DNA of 64,000 nucleotides from Myxococcota bacterium (GTDB lineage Bacteria > Myxococcota_A > Polyangia > Nannocystales > Nannocystaceae), in assembly GCA_039028615.1 (NCBI GenBank), contig JBCCHT010000003.1:128001-192000 (forward strand), written 5' to 3'. The position numbers and the translations under genes were made by a program. Positions 39,958 through 50,355 of the stretch are shown here, piece by piece. Numbering within the stretch: the stretch's first letter is position 1; each line of letters starts with the position of its first letter. Under the pieces are notes generated by a model that made no database searches, was not told the origin of the DNA, and was given only the letters and a program-made list of their open reading frames with translations.

Positions 39958-40015
39958 CCGAGCGTCGAACGCCGCTCCCGTGCGTCGGAGCGGCGTCCTT
40001 CATGGGTGGTGGACG

Positions 40016-40810
40016 CTAGGGCGCGATGGCGCCGAGCTTGTAGCCACCCGTGGCGCCGAGGAAGCCGCGGCTGGCTTGGGCTCGCCAGTCGCCCGCGCCC
40101 AAGGTGTACGAGACGCTGCGGTAGCCGGGCAGGATTCCGGTGTTGCCCCAGACGTCGCCCGGGTCGTCGTTGTTGTAGAGGTAGTGGCTCATGCCAGGCG
40201 AGGTGCCGCCCGTGATCGAGTAGTTGCACACGTGCGAGACATGGCCCGAGGCATCCACGGAGGGGGTGTTCTTGTGCCACGGGAAGCTATTGCCGAACGA
40301 GCCGCTGAAGTACCACTTCCAGTTCCAACCCAAGGAGTCGGCGAGGTCGTCGAACCAGGGGCCGTCGGAAGCGTAGGCGCAGCTGGTGGCGTACTCCCAG
40401 CCGACGGTCGAGCGAAACTGCATCGGCTGGGTGCTCAGCGTGCGCGGGGCATCGTCCGTGACGTCGCCGTGGTGGAGGCGAAGGGCCTCGGGAGCGGCCT
40501 GCTGTGGGGCGAGCGTGGCGAAGATCTCGAGCGGCGTGGCGTGGTGCTGCACGGCGAGGAAGGTCAGCGCGGAGGCCTGCTCGGCTGGGCCCACCTCGGA
40601 CACGACCAACTCTCCGCTGGCCAGCTCACGGAATTCCACGGCCACGCCGCCATCGAGTTCCACCCGCGCCACGAGGTCGGTCAGGTCTTCGGTCTTCTGC
40701 TCTAGCGCGTCGACATCGGAGGTGCCGTCTTCCGGGGCATCACAGGCGACCAGAGCGGTCGATCCGAGGGCAGCGGCGATGAGGGACTGGAGGGCTCTAG
40801 TTTTGTTCAC
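40016..40810 (-). CDS. Hypothetical lipoprotein
   Basis: GTG 40810, ALGSTALVAC lipobox; GC3 bias. Confidence 0.7.
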   Translation of the reverse strand: MNKTRALQSLIAAALGSTALVACDAPEDGTSDVDALEQKTEDLTDLVARVELDGGVAVEFRELASGELVVSEVGPAEQASALTFLAVQHHATPLEIFATLAPQQAAPEALRLHHGDVTDDAPRTLSTQPMQFRSTVGWEYATSCAYASDGPWFDDLADSLGWNWKWYFSGSFGNSFPWHKNTPSVDASGHVSHVCNYSITGGTSPGMSHYLYNNDDPGDVWGNTGILPGYRSVSYTLGAGDWRAQASRGFLGATGGYKLGAIAP

Positions 40811-41019
40811 ACCCGTCTCGTGCCCGACCAAACTGGGCCGGATCACGGGCTCGTCGAGAAAATCGGTGGTTGCCTCGCGTTTGTCGATCCGTGCCGAGGG
40901 GGCGCGGGCGCGATTGTGCGCGACGAGCTCGCGACCGCTCGTCGACACCCAACCACCGTCCGTCGATGAGTGGCCGCCCGATGCTTGCTGCGTCGGCGTC
41001 GCTGCTTCATCACCACTTC

Positions 41020-42171
41020 ATGTTGCATGGCCTACTCGCCCTCGTCGTCGCCTGGAACCCGGAACTGACCACACGAGATGTGCTGCCGTCCTTCGGCGGC
41101 CAGCAGGTGGAGACCTGTGGTTTCCCCAGCGTGGTGGCGGTGGCCGACGACGTCGATGCGTACTGTAGCGGCACCCTGGTGGCGCCCGATGTGGTGCTCT
41201 TCGCCGGGCACTGCATCCTGGAGCTCGGGGACATCCCGCCCACGCGCATGCTCTTCGGTGAGAGCGTGACCGCCCCGGCTCGGTCGATCCCGGTGACCGA
41301 TTGCGCCTACCACCCCGAGTTCACCACGCCGAACCAGCAACCGAACCACGACGTGGCGTACTGCCTGCTGGCCGAGGCGGTGGAGGACGTGCCCATCATT
41401 CCCATCGCGGCCGGCTGTGAGCTCGAGGGGCTGGTCGAAGGCATCGAGGGCACCGCGGTGGGCTTCGGCGCCGACAGCATCGAGGGCTCGGGTTTCGGGC
41501 TCAAGCGTCAGGTGAGCTTCGAGATCTCCGAGGTCGACACCGCGGACGGGGGGCTGTGGGGCATGGGGGCGGACCAAGACACGCAGGGGATCTGCGGAGG
41601 CGACTCGGGGGGACCGCTGTTCGCCCGTCTCGCCGATGGTCAGCTGCGTCTGGTCGGAGTGGCTTCGCTGGGCAGCTGTGGAGATGCGCCCGCCGGCCTC
41701 AACGATTCGGGCTACGCCATGGTGGCGCCGGACATCGAGTGGCTCGAGAGCGCGTCGGGACGCGACCTGACCCCGTGCTTCGACGGCGACGCGTGGGCGC
41801 CGACGGAGGCCTGTACGGGCTTTGCCCTCGATCCCGAGATCGCGGCTGGGACCTGGGAGCGGGGCTGCATCGGTGGCGGGCAGCAGGTCGACGTGCAGAC
41901 CTGCGCCGAAGCGGGGGCCGATGAGAGCGGCGGGCCGGGCGAGTCGTCGGGAGGCGACGATGCGTCGGCGTCGACCTCGGGCGGCGACGTCGGGGAGCAG
42001 AGCAGCACGGGCGACGGCAGCAGCGACGGCACGGGCTCGCCTCAGGCCGAAGGCGGCGTGGGCACCGAGGGCTGCAGCTGTCGTAGCGACACCGAGGCTC
42101 CGTCCGCCTGGTGGATGCTCCTGCTATTGCCCGTCGTCCGACCCCGCCGTCGGATCCGAGTCTTCGTCTAG
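41020..42171 (+). CDS. Trypsin-like (S1) serine protease with MYXO-CTERM-like sorting tail
   Basis: CSGTLV, FAGHC, DVA, CGGDSGGP; C-terminal GCSC...WWMLLLL...RRR. Confidence 0.9.
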   Translation: MLHGLLALVVAWNPELTTRDVLPSFGGQQVETCGFPSVVAVADDVDAYCSGTLVAPDVVLFAGHCILELGDIPPTRMLFGESVTAPARSIPVTDCAYHPEFTTPNQQPNHDVAYCLLAEAVEDVPIIPIAAGCELEGLVEGIEGTAVGFGADSIEGSGFGLKRQVSFEISEVDTADGGLWGMGADQDTQGICGGDSGGPLFARLADGQLRLVGVASLGSCGDAPAGLNDSGYAMVAPDIEWLESASGRDLTPCFDGDAWAPTEACTGFALDPEIAAGTWERGCIGGGQQVDVQTCAEAGADESGGPGESSGGDDASASTSGGDVGEQSSTGDGSSDGTGSPQAEGGVGTEGCSCRSDTEAPSAWWMLLLLPVVRPRRRIRVFV

Positions 42172-45100
42172 GCGGATGCGGTACTTCACGAGCCAGTCTT
42201 CGAGCTGAGCGAGCGTCTCTTTGTCGTCGCGCTCGATGAAGGTTCGCTTCGCCCGGCGAGCGAGCTGCAGCGCTCGCGGACGGTCGTGCCGGGCCCCCGG
42301 CTGCATCAGGACGCGCGCCATGAGCAGCTCGAGCTGAGCCTGGCGATCGGGGTGGCCGTTGGCCTTGCGAAGGATCGCCAGCGCTTGCTCTGCTCGCTCG
42401 AGGGCCGCGTCGAGGTGCCCCTCGTCGGCATCGAGGGTGGCGAGCTCCTGCAGGCTGCTGGCGGTCATGAGGTTGTCGGCGCCCAGGCTCTCCTGCCGGA
42501 TGGCCAGGGCATCCTCGAACAGGGCGCGGGCGGAGCTCAGCCGCTTACGCTCGTACTCGATCTTGCCCAGGTTGTGGATCGGGAACGACAGCGTGGGGTG
42601 CCGGGAGGGCAGGGTGGCTCGACCCACGCGGATCGCCTCGTTGTAGGCCCAAGCTCCCTGCTCGTCGTCGTCCCGCCCGCGATGGGCGGCCCCGAGGTTG
42701 ATCAACACGGGCAGCAACGAAGGATGACTGGCGCCGTGGCGCTCGACGATGCGGTCGTAGGTCGCCTGCAGCAGCTTGGACGCGCGCTCGTGGTGCCCTT
42801 GGCTCACCAGCAGGCCGCCCAGGGTGGAGCTGTTGGTGGTGTCGTCGGGATCGATGGCGACCACCAGCTCGAGGATCTCGATGGCTTCCTGCCGATTGCC
42901 CTGCTTGGAGAGCACGCTGGCCAGGCTCTGTCGCGCGGCCAAGGTCCAGGGGTGTTCGGGGCCGAGGCTCCGCTGACACAACGCCACCGCTTCGCGAGCC
43001 GCGTCGAGGCCCCGGTCGAGCTTCCCCAGGCTGGCCAGCAGCGTCGCCACGTTGGTCAGCGCGCGCGCGACGGAAGGATGCTCGGGCCCGCGAACCCGAC
43101 GGACCCGCTCCAGCTCGCGCTCACTCCACTCCAGCGCGGTCTCGTAGTGCCCCTGCTTTTGCTGCACGGTGATCACCGCCGAGCGATGCGTGCCGATGCG
43201 AGGGTGGTCGGGGCCGAACTTCGTCACCGCCAGCTGCAAGGCCGTGTCCGCGTGCCCCTTGGCTTGTTCGTAGTCGCCGCGAGCGATGGCGATGAGCGCC
43301 TTGGCGCGGTGGTAGCCCGCGGTGTCCTCGAGGGCGGGACCCTCGGTTCGCGTCGCGTGCATGCCCGCGTGGGCCAGCCAATCGGAGGCGATCTCGGGGC
43401 GCTGCAGCAGGTTCGCCTCGACGCTGGCGATCACCATGGCGAGCCCGCGAAGCTCTCGGGTGTCGCCCAGCTCTCCCCAGGAGAAGTAGCCCCGACGGTA
43501 GGCATCGACGCCCGCCTGGTAGTCGCCCTGGCGCACCAAGATCGCACCCTGGGCGGTCTCGAGGCGGGCGATGGACACGGTGTCCCCCAGGGCTTGGGCG
43601 TCCGCGAGCGCGGCATCGATGCGAACGCGGGCGGCGGGGATCTGTCCGGCACGCCACATCATCTCGGCTCGGACCGCCTCCTCTCGCAGCGCGATGGCGC
43701 GTTCTTGCTGAGACCCGGTGGGCGCTCGCCAGGCGGAGAGGAAGGCGTCGTCGGTGCAGGTGTCGACGGCGGGCAGCGAGTACACCGAGGTGTCGGACTC
43801 GATCACCACCTCGAGCTCGGCCTCCGAGAGCACGGAGATGAGCGATTGCAGGGCGGCCCGGCGCTCGGTCAAGCAGCTGGTGGCGGCGGCACCCCGCTTG
43901 GCGTCGAGCTGGTGGTCGACCCGCTGTGCTTCGCAGGTCGACAGCCGCGTGTCCTTCCACTCCTGCACGTAGTCGTCGATGCCATCGCGGACCCGGTTCC
44001 AGCTCTCGCTGGCAAAGGGCATGTCGTGGGACAGCAGCGCCTGCTCCACCCGTTGGCGGGCGTCGTCGTCCCAGTCGGCATCGATCGCGGCGCTCTGGGT
44101 GGCGCACTCGAGGCGGGCGCGGTTGAGCGTCCAGGCTCGCGCGCCCCACAGCCCGGCCGCGAGCGCGACGGCCCCGCCCGCCAGCAGCCACCGTCGGCGT
44201 CGCCGCGATGGATCGGCCTGCAGCGCGTCGAGCAGCGCGAGCATGGACGCATGCCGCCGCTCGCGTTCGGGTCGGAGCCCGACGAGCAGCACCCGCCTCA
44301 GCCATCCCGGCACCGAGCTGCGACGCGGCGCTTCGCTGATGTCTCCGGCGATGACGTTGAGCACCAGCTCCTCGTACGAAGCACCGATGAAGGGGCGCTT
44401 TTCGTAGAGCGCCTCGTACAGCGCGACACAGAAGCTGAATTGATCGGAGCGAGCGTCGAGCGGGGTGCCTTGCAGCTGCTCGGGGGACATATACGCGGGC
44501 GTCCCCATGATCGCGCCAAGGCGCGTCTGCGTGGTCGCAGTGGGGTCGCCGATGGCCCCGTCGCCGTCCTTGGCGGAGCGCTCGGGCAGCGCCTCGCCGC
44601 CCTCGAGCGGTCGCACCAGGCCGAAGTCCAGCACCCAGACCCGCCCTTCGGCGCCCACCATCACGTTCTCGGGCTTGAAGTCGCGGTGCAGCAGCTGGGC
44701 CTGGTGCGCGGCCCATAGCCCACGGCCCGCCTCGATGAACACCTCGAGGATGCGCTGGGGATCGCGGGGCTCCGCCTTCAGCCAGTCGCGCAGCGTCTGA
44801 CCTTTGATGAACTCCATGGCCACGAAGATTTCGCGCTCGTGCTCGCCCACGTCGTGCACCGCGGCCACGTTCGGGTGGGCGAGCTTGGCCATGGCCTGCG
44901 CTTCGCGGACCAAACGCTGGCGGCCCTCGGTGCCCGCCGGATCGCGATGCGGATGCAAGACCTTCAGTGCGATCTTGCGATCGAGCTGCGGATCGTAGGC
45001 GGAGTACACGACCCCCATCCCGCCCGCGCCCAACGTGCCGAGGATGACGTAGCGCCCGACTCGGTCGCCCTCTTGGCGCGGCATGAAGAAGTCGCGCGAC

Positions 45101-45183
45101 GACGGCTCGGAGTCGGGGCCCGCGATCGTCGCTTGCATCGAAGGCCGCGACGGCTCGGGCGAGTCTGGGTCGGGGGCGGACAA
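42124..45183 (-). CDS. Ser/Thr protein kinase with TM and TPR region
   Basis: GAGGMGVV, ALK, HRDFKPEN, DFG, GTPAYMSPEQ; TTG 45183 or ATG 45138. Confidence 0.93.
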   Translation of the reverse strand: MSAPDPDSPEPSRPSMQATIAGPDSEPSSRDFFMPRQEGDRVGRYVILGTLGAGGMGVVYSAYDPQLDRKIALKVLHPHRDPAGTEGRQRLVREAQAMAKLAHPNVAAVHDVGEHEREIFVAMEFIKGQTLRDWLKAEPRDPQRILEVFIEAGRGLWAAHQAQLLHRDFKPENVMVGAEGRVWVLDFGLVRPLEGGEALPERSAKDGDGAIGDPTATTQTRLGAIMGTPAYMSPEQLQGTPLDARSDQFSFCVALYEALYEKRPFIGASYEELVLNVIAGDISEAPRRSSVPGWLRRVLLVGLRPERERRHASMLALLDALQADPSRRRRRWLLAGGAVALAAGLWGARAWTLNRARLECATQSAAIDADWDDDARQRVEQALLSHDMPFASESWNRVRDGIDDYVQEWKDTRLSTCEAQRVDHQLDAKRGAAATSCLTERRAALQSLISVLSEAELEVVIESDTSVYSLPAVDTCTDDAFLSAWRAPTGSQQERAIALREEAVRAEMMWRAGQIPAARVRIDAALADAQALGDTVSIARLETAQGAILVRQGDYQAGVDAYRRGYFSWGELGDTRELRGLAMVIASVEANLLQRPEIASDWLAHAGMHATRTEGPALEDTAGYHRAKALIAIARGDYEQAKGHADTALQLAVTKFGPDHPRIGTHRSAVITVQQKQGHYETALEWSERELERVRRVRGPEHPSVARALTNVATLLASLGKLDRGLDAAREAVALCQRSLGPEHPWTLAARQSLASVLSKQGNRQEAIEILELVVAIDPDDTTNSSTLGGLLVSQGHHERASKLLQATYDRIVERHGASHPSLLPVLINLGAAHRGRDDDEQGAWAYNEAIRVGRATLPSRHPTLSFPIHNLGKIEYERKRLSSARALFEDALAIRQESLGADNLMTASSLQELATLDADEGHLDAALERAEQALAILRKANGHPDRQAQLELLMARVLMQPGARHDRPRALQLARRAKRTFIERDDKETLAQLEDWLVKYRIRLDEDSDPTAGSDDGQ

Positions 45184-45257
45184 CGGCCCGACCCTAGCAA
45201 GTCGCGGCCGGCGGTGCGCCCGGGGCGCAGACCGCGAAATCAGCCGTTCTTTCCGCC

Positions 45258-45286
45258 TTGACGGTCTCTACGCTATAGCGTATTTG
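45258..45286 (+). promoter_or_regulatory. Putative sigma70 promoter overlapped by a perfect 14-bp palindromic operator
   Basis: TTGACG (45258)-N17-TATTTG (45281); TACGCTATAGCGTA at 45269-45282. Confidence 0.6.
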
Positions 45287-45295
45287 TTTTTCGCC

Positions 45296-45862
45296 ATGAT
45301 TGACGGGGCACCGAATCTCGGCGCGGCGATGCGCCGACGGCGAAAGGCCAAACAGCTCACGCTCGAGGTTCTGGCCGAGTCCAGCGGGGTCAGCGTGACC
45401 ATGCTGTCCGAGGTCGAGCGCGGGGTGAAAAACCCGACCGTGCGGCTGGCCTATCACATCGCCCGTGCCCTGGGCTGCACCCTGACCGACCTGCTCGAGG
45501 ACGAGGAGCGGCCCCCCAACAACCTGGTGCGCGCCAAGGGGCGGCGGTGCCTGCTCGACGAGGAGTCGGGGGTCGAGCGCTTCGGCCTCACCCACGAGCT
45601 GATGCGGCCCGGCGTGGAGCTGGTCTGGTACACGATTCCGTCGGGCTCGAGCGCAGGAGAGATGGTGCCCAACCGGCCCGGGGTCGCCGAGATCCTGACC
45701 GTGCTGCAAGGCACGCTGACGCTGCGATTGGGCGACGAGGTCCACGAGATGGGGCCGCGCGACACCATCGCCTATGGCGCTCAAGTCATGATGGAGTACC
45801 GCAACGAAGGCGACGATCCCTGCGAAATCCTGCTGGTCTGTGATCGCGGAGGTCGCCCATGA
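45296..45862 (+). CDS. XRE-HTH + cupin transcriptional regulator
   Basis: LTLEVLAESSGVSVTMLSEVERG..NPT; cupin E...VLQGTL...GDE. Confidence 0.9.
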   Translation: MIDGAPNLGAAMRRRRKAKQLTLEVLAESSGVSVTMLSEVERGVKNPTVRLAYHIARALGCTLTDLLEDEERPPNNLVRAKGRRCLLDEESGVERFGLTHELMRPGVELVWYTIPSGSSAGEMVPNRPGVAEILTVLQGTLTLRLGDEVHEMGPRDTIAYGAQVMMEYRNEGDDPCEILLVCDRGGRP

Positions 45863-46800
45863 GCCGTCGCATTCGCGTGGTCGACAGCCACACCGAAGGT
45901 GAGCCGACGCGAGTGGTGATCGAGGGCGCGCCGGACTTGGGTCCGGGCACGGCCCGCGAGCGAGCCGAGCGCTTCCGCCTCGAGCACAATGGCTTTCGGA
46001 CCGGCCTGCTCGGCGAGCCGCGTGGGTTCGACGCGATGGTCGGCGCGCTGTTGCTGCCGCCCAGCTCCGAAGACGCGGTCGCGCAGGTGCTGTTCTTCAA
46101 CAACGTCAGCACGCTGCACATGTGCGTGCACGGCATGCTGGGCGTGGGCCGAACGCTCGCCCACCTGGGCCGCGTGGGCGCCGGGGTGCATCGGGTGGAG
46201 ACCCCGGTGGGCGACGTGTTCGTCACCCTCGACGAGCAGGGGCGGGCCTCGGTGGAGAACGTGCCCAGCCGTCGCGCGACCAAGAACATCGAGCTGCAGA
46301 CCCGCGATCACGGTCGCGTGGTCGGTGACGTGGCCTGGGGCGGCAATTGGTTCTTCTTGGCGCACGAGCACGGCCACGAGGTCAGCTCGGGCAAGATTCC
46401 CGAGCTGACGGCGCTGAGCTGGGACATTCGTCGGACCCTCGAAGCGCAGGGGATCACGGGCGACGATGGCCTCGAGATCGATCACGTCGAGGTCTTCGGT
46501 CCGCCGCAGCGCAGCGATGCCGACAGCAAGAATTTCGTGCTGTGCCCGGGGGGCGAGTACGACCGCTCTCCGTGTGGCACGGGCACGAGCGCCAAGCTGG
46601 CGTGCCTGGCCGCCGACGGCCGCCTGGCGCCGGGTGAGCAGTGGCGCCAGGAGAGCGTGATCGGGAGCGTATTCGAGGGCAGCTATCGTCGGGTCGAGCG
46701 TGGCATCGTGCCCACGATCCGCGGCGGGGTATGGATTACCGCCGAGACCACTCTGATCATCGAAGACGATGATCCCTACGCCGAAGGGATCGTGTTGTGA
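45859..46800 (+). CDS. lhpA: 4-hydroxyproline 2-epimerase (proline racemase family)
   Basis: DSHTEGEPTR, MCVHG and DRSPCGTGTSA catalytic Cys pair, DVAWGGNWF; operon context. Confidence 0.88.
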   Translation: MSRRIRVVDSHTEGEPTRVVIEGAPDLGPGTARERAERFRLEHNGFRTGLLGEPRGFDAMVGALLLPPSSEDAVAQVLFFNNVSTLHMCVHGMLGVGRTLAHLGRVGAGVHRVETPVGDVFVTLDEQGRASVENVPSRRATKNIELQTRDHGRVVGDVAWGGNWFFLAHEHGHEVSSGKIPELTALSWDIRRTLEAQGITGDDGLEIDHVEVFGPPQRSDADSKNFVLCPGGEYDRSPCGTGTSAKLACLAADGRLAPGEQWRQESVIGSVFEGSYRRVERGIVPTIRGGVWITAETTLIIEDDDPYAEGIVL

Positions 46801-47936
46801 CCTCCAATTACGATGTGGCCGTCGTCGGGGCGGGCATCGTAGGGGCGGCATGTGCCGAGCGTTTGGTCCAACGAGGTCTGTCGGTGGTGATCGTCGATCG
46901 AGCGTCGCCCGCGGGCGGGGCGACGGCGGCGGGCATGGGGCACCTGGTGGTCATGGACGGGAGCGAGGCTCAGCTCGAGCTCACCGCGATGTCCCGGCGG
47001 CTGTGGGCGGAGCGCGTCGGGCAGCTGCCGACCGAGGTCGAGCACGAGCGCTGCGGCACCCTGTGGGTGGCGGCGGACGACGAGGAAATGGCGGAGGCGG
47101 AAGCCAAGCGGCAGGCCTACGAAGACCACGGCGTGCCGGCCGAGATCCTCGATGCGGCCGCGCTCGCGGAGGCGGAGCCCCTGTTGCGCGACGGCCTGGC
47201 CGGGGCGCTGCGGGTGCCGGACGACGCGGTGCTCTATCAGCCCAATGCCACCCGCTGGATGCTGCAAAACGCGGTGGACGGCGGCGCGACCCTGCACACG
47301 CACGCGCCCGTGCGCTGCGTGGGGGACGGCCGTGTGGAGCGAGCGGACGGCTCGACCATCCACGCCGAGCACGTGGTGGTCGCGGCGGGAGCCCATAGCG
47401 CGGCCATGCTCGAGACCCGCGATTTCGACGAGGCGATTCGCCCTCGCAAGGGCCACCTGGCGATCACCGATCGGGCTCCTGGGACCTGCCACCACCAGCT
47501 GGTGGAGCTGGGCTACATCAAGAGCGCCCACGGCAACGACGCCGAGTCGGTCGCGTTCAACCTCCAGCCGCGTCGCACCGGGCAGATCCTGGTGGGCTCG
47601 TCGCGGCAGTACGGGGTCGATCACGATCGGGTGGAGCCCGAGATGATCGGGCGCATGCTGGCCCGCGCGCTCGAGTTCATGCCCGCGCTGGCCGACATCG
47701 CGGTGCTGCGGACCTGGTCCGGATTTCGCCCGGCGACCGACGACGGCATGCCGCTCATCGGAGCGCTGCCCGACGACACGCGCACGCTGCTCGCGGCGGG
47801 ACACGAAGGGCTGGGGATCACGACCTCGCTGGGGACGGCAGCGCTGGTCGAAGCGATGGTGATGGGGGAGGCACCCCCGATGTCGGTGGCGCCCTTTGCC
47901 CCGAGTCGGGTGTTGGAGGGCATGGCCCATGGCTGA
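46797..47936 (+). CDS. lhpB: D-hydroxyproline dehydrogenase, FAD (DAO-type) subunit
   Basis: VVGAGIVG, GATAAGMGH, PRKGHL, GFRPAT.DG.P, GHEGLGITT. Confidence 0.82.
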   Translation: MTSNYDVAVVGAGIVGAACAERLVQRGLSVVIVDRASPAGGATAAGMGHLVVMDGSEAQLELTAMSRRLWAERVGQLPTEVEHERCGTLWVAADDEEMAEAEAKRQAYEDHGVPAEILDAAALAEAEPLLRDGLAGALRVPDDAVLYQPNATRWMLQNAVDGGATLHTHAPVRCVGDGRVERADGSTIHAEHVVVAAGAHSAAMLETRDFDEAIRPRKGHLAITDRAPGTCHHQLVELGYIKSAHGNDAESVAFNLQPRRTGQILVGSSRQYGVDHDRVEPEMIGRMLARALEFMPALADIAVLRTWSGFRPATDDGMPLIGALPDDTRTLLAAGHEGLGITTSLGTAALVEAMVMGEAPPMSVAPFAPSRVLEGMAHG

Positions 47937-48183
47937 GCGGCTTCGCATTCGCATCGACGGGGTCGAGCACGAGGTCGCGGCGGGCACCAGCGTGGCCGCC
48001 GCGCTGTGGAACGCGGGCGCACGGGGCTTTCGGCGCTCGGTGGGCGGCCAGCTCCGCGCACCCCTGTGCGGCATGGGCACGTGCTTCGAATGTCGCGTGT
48101 CGATCGACGGCCGCGGGGGGCTTCGCAGCTGCCAGACGACCTGCCGTGAAGGCATGGAAGTGAGGACCGCGGATGCGACGTGA
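47929..48183 (+). CDS. D-hydroxyproline dehydrogenase 2Fe-2S subunit
   Basis: PLCGMGTCFECRV...SCQ. Confidence 0.85.
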   Translation: MAERLRIRIDGVEHEVAAGTSVAAALWNAGARGFRRSVGGQLRAPLCGMGTCFECRVSIDGRGGLRSCQTTCREGMEVRTADAT

Positions 48184-49450
48184 AGCAACCGAGGTGCTCG
48201 TGGTGGGCGGAGGCCCGGCCGGCTTAGCCGCGGCAGAGGCAGCGGCGACGGCGGGTCGCCGGGTCTGCATGCTCGACGACAACCCCGCGCTGGGCGGACA
48301 GATCTGGCGTCGAGACACGCGCAACGCCGAGGCCCGCGGCAACCAGCACGTCGATCGCCGACGCGCTGCGCTGCTCGAGGCGGGCGTCGACATTCGCTCG
48401 GGTACGGCGGTCGTCGATGCCCACGGTCCCGATGCGCTGTGGGCCTACGACGGCGACGCGCTGACCCAGTGGCGAGCCGATCGGGTGATCCTGGCCACGG
48501 GAGCCCGAGAGCGCACGCTGCCCTTCCCCGGCTGGACGCGTCCCGGCGTGTTCGGGGCGGGCGGGCTGCAGGCGCTCAGCAAGGCGGGCCTGGAGGTCGA
48601 GGGTAAGCGCGTGGTGGTGGCGGGCACGGGTCCGCTGCTGCTGGCGGTGGCGACGAGCTTGCAGCAGCGGGGCGCGAAGGTGCTCGGGGTGTTCGAGCAG
48701 GCCTCGCACGCACGCTTCGTTCGCTTCGGCCTGGGTCTGTGGGCTCAGCCGGCCAAGCTGCTGCAGGGCATGGCCTTCGGGGCTCGCCTGCCGCTGCGCC
48801 TGGGCTCGTGGATCGCCCGCGCCGAAGGGGATCCCGCGCTGACCCACGTCGTCGTCTGCAATGCCCGAGGCCGCGAGCGAACCCTCGAGTGCGACCTGGT
48901 CGCGTGCGGCTTTGGCCTCGTCCCCGAGACCCGCCTCGCCCGCTTGTTGGGCTGCCGCGTCGAAGACCACGTGGTCGTCGACGAGCTCCAGCGCACGGAC
49001 GCCCCCGGGGTGCTCGCGGCGGGAGAGCCCTGCGGCGTCGGTGGTGAAGACAAGGCGCTATGCGAGGGCCGTATCGCGGGCCTGGTGGCGGCCGATCGCG
49101 CCGACGAGGCTCGCCCCCTGCTGGCGCAGCGCGATCGCTACCGTGCGTTCGCCCGCCGCATGGCCCGGGACTTCGCCCTGCGCGAGCAGCTGCGCGAGCT
49201 CCCCGAGCCCGACACCCTGGTGTGTCGCTGTGAAGATGTCCCGCTCCGTGCTCTCAACGGATTCGACCGAGCCCGCGCCGCGAAGCTCGGGAGCCGTTGC
49301 GGCATGGGGCCCTGCCAAGGCCGCGTGTGTCAGCCGGCCATTCGTTTCTTGCTGGGGCACGGCCACGACCGGCCGCGTCCTCCGCTGGTTCCGCTACCGC
49401 TCGGCGTGATGGCCGAGCTGCAATCCATCAACCAAGGATCTTCGTCATGA
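48173..49450 (+). CDS. D-hydroxyproline dehydrogenase FAD/NAD(P) subunit with BFD-like Fe-S
   Basis: GGGPAG, LATGARER..PFPGWT.PGV, CRCEDV, RCGMGPCQGRVC. Confidence 0.85.
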   Translation: MRREATEVLVVGGGPAGLAAAEAAATAGRRVCMLDDNPALGGQIWRRDTRNAEARGNQHVDRRRAALLEAGVDIRSGTAVVDAHGPDALWAYDGDALTQWRADRVILATGARERTLPFPGWTRPGVFGAGGLQALSKAGLEVEGKRVVVAGTGPLLLAVATSLQQRGAKVLGVFEQASHARFVRFGLGLWAQPAKLLQGMAFGARLPLRLGSWIARAEGDPALTHVVVCNARGRERTLECDLVACGFGLVPETRLARLLGCRVEDHVVVDELQRTDAPGVLAAGEPCGVGGEDKALCEGRIAGLVAADRADEARPLLAQRDRYRAFARRMARDFALREQLRELPEPDTLVCRCEDVPLRALNGFDRARAAKLGSRCGMGPCQGRVCQPAIRFLLGHGHDRPRPPLVPLPLGVMAELQSINQGSSS

Positions 49451-50355
49451 CCGTCGTCTGGAATGGCATCATGCCCGCGATTACCACCCCCCTTCGCGAG
49501 GACGGAGGAGTCGACCACGACTTCCTCGTCCGTCACGCGCGATGGATGGCCGAGGCCGCCAAGGCCACCGCCATCATTCCCCTGGGGTCACTCGGCGAGG
49601 GGCAAACCCTCGTCTTCGAAGAGAAGCAGGCCATCATCAAGAGCCTGGTCGATGGCCTCGACGGGCTCGCGCCCGTCGTGCCCGGCATCGGCGAGGCGGC
49701 CACCCACCGAGCGGTGGAGCTGGCTCGCTACGCCCAGCAGGTGGGCTGTGGGGGGCTGATGGTGCTGCCGCCCTACGTGCACAACGGGGGCGACCGCGAG
49801 CTGCGGGCGCACTTCGACGCCGTGATCTCGGCCACCGAGCTGCCCTGCATGCTCTACAACAACCCCATCGCCTACGGGGCGGACATGAAGCCCGAGGCCA
49901 TCGCGGCCCTGGCCGAGGCCCACCCCAACCTGCTCGCGGTCAAGGAGTCGAGCGGAGACGTGCGGCGAGTGACCGCGCTCGAGGCCCTGCTCGGCGATCG
50001 CCTCACCCTGTGCGTGGGCCTCGACGACATCGTGGTCGAGGGCGTGCGCGCGGGCGCCACGGGCTGGGTCGCCGGCCTCGTCAACGCGCTGCCCGAGGAG
50101 TCGGCGCGGCTGTTCAACCTCGCCAAGGCCGGCGAGACGAAGGCCTGCGACGAGCTGTACGCCTGGTTCTTGCCGCTTCTGCGCCTGGACGTCGTGCCCG
50201 AGTTCGTGCAGCTCATCAAGCTCGTGCAGCAAGAGGTCGGCATGGGCGACGAGCGCGTTCGCCTGCCTCGCCTCGCCCTGGCCGGGGCCGAGCGCGAGCG
50301 TGCGATGGAGCTCATCCGGGCTTCGCTCGCGCAGCGCAGCGAGGTCGGCAAATGA
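49447..50355 (+). CDS. lhpC: DHDPS-family enzyme, probable 1-pyrroline-4-hydroxy-2-carboxylate deaminase
   Basis: GSLGE, LYNNP.AY, VKESSGD; operon context. Confidence 0.82.
   Translation: MTVVWNGIMPAITTPLREDGGVDHDFLVRHARWMAEAAKATAIIPLGSLGEGQTLVFEEKQAIIKSLVDGLDGLAPVVPGIGEAATHRAVELARYAQQVGCGGLMVLPPYVHNGGDRELRAHFDAVISATELPCMLYNNPIAYGADMKPEAIAALAEAHPNLLAVKESSGDVRRVTALEALLGDRLTLCVGLDDIVVEGVRAGATGWVAGLVNALPEESARLFNLAKAGETKACDELYAWFLPLLRLDVVPEFVQLIKLVQQEVGMGDERVRLPRLALAGAERERAMELIRASLAQRSEVGK

Noticed and set aside
46797..49450. HCN synthase (hcnABC) or opine oxidase
   Set aside because: Homologous subunits, but flanking epimerase, DHDPS-like deaminase and KGSA dehydrogenase point to hydroxyproline catabolism
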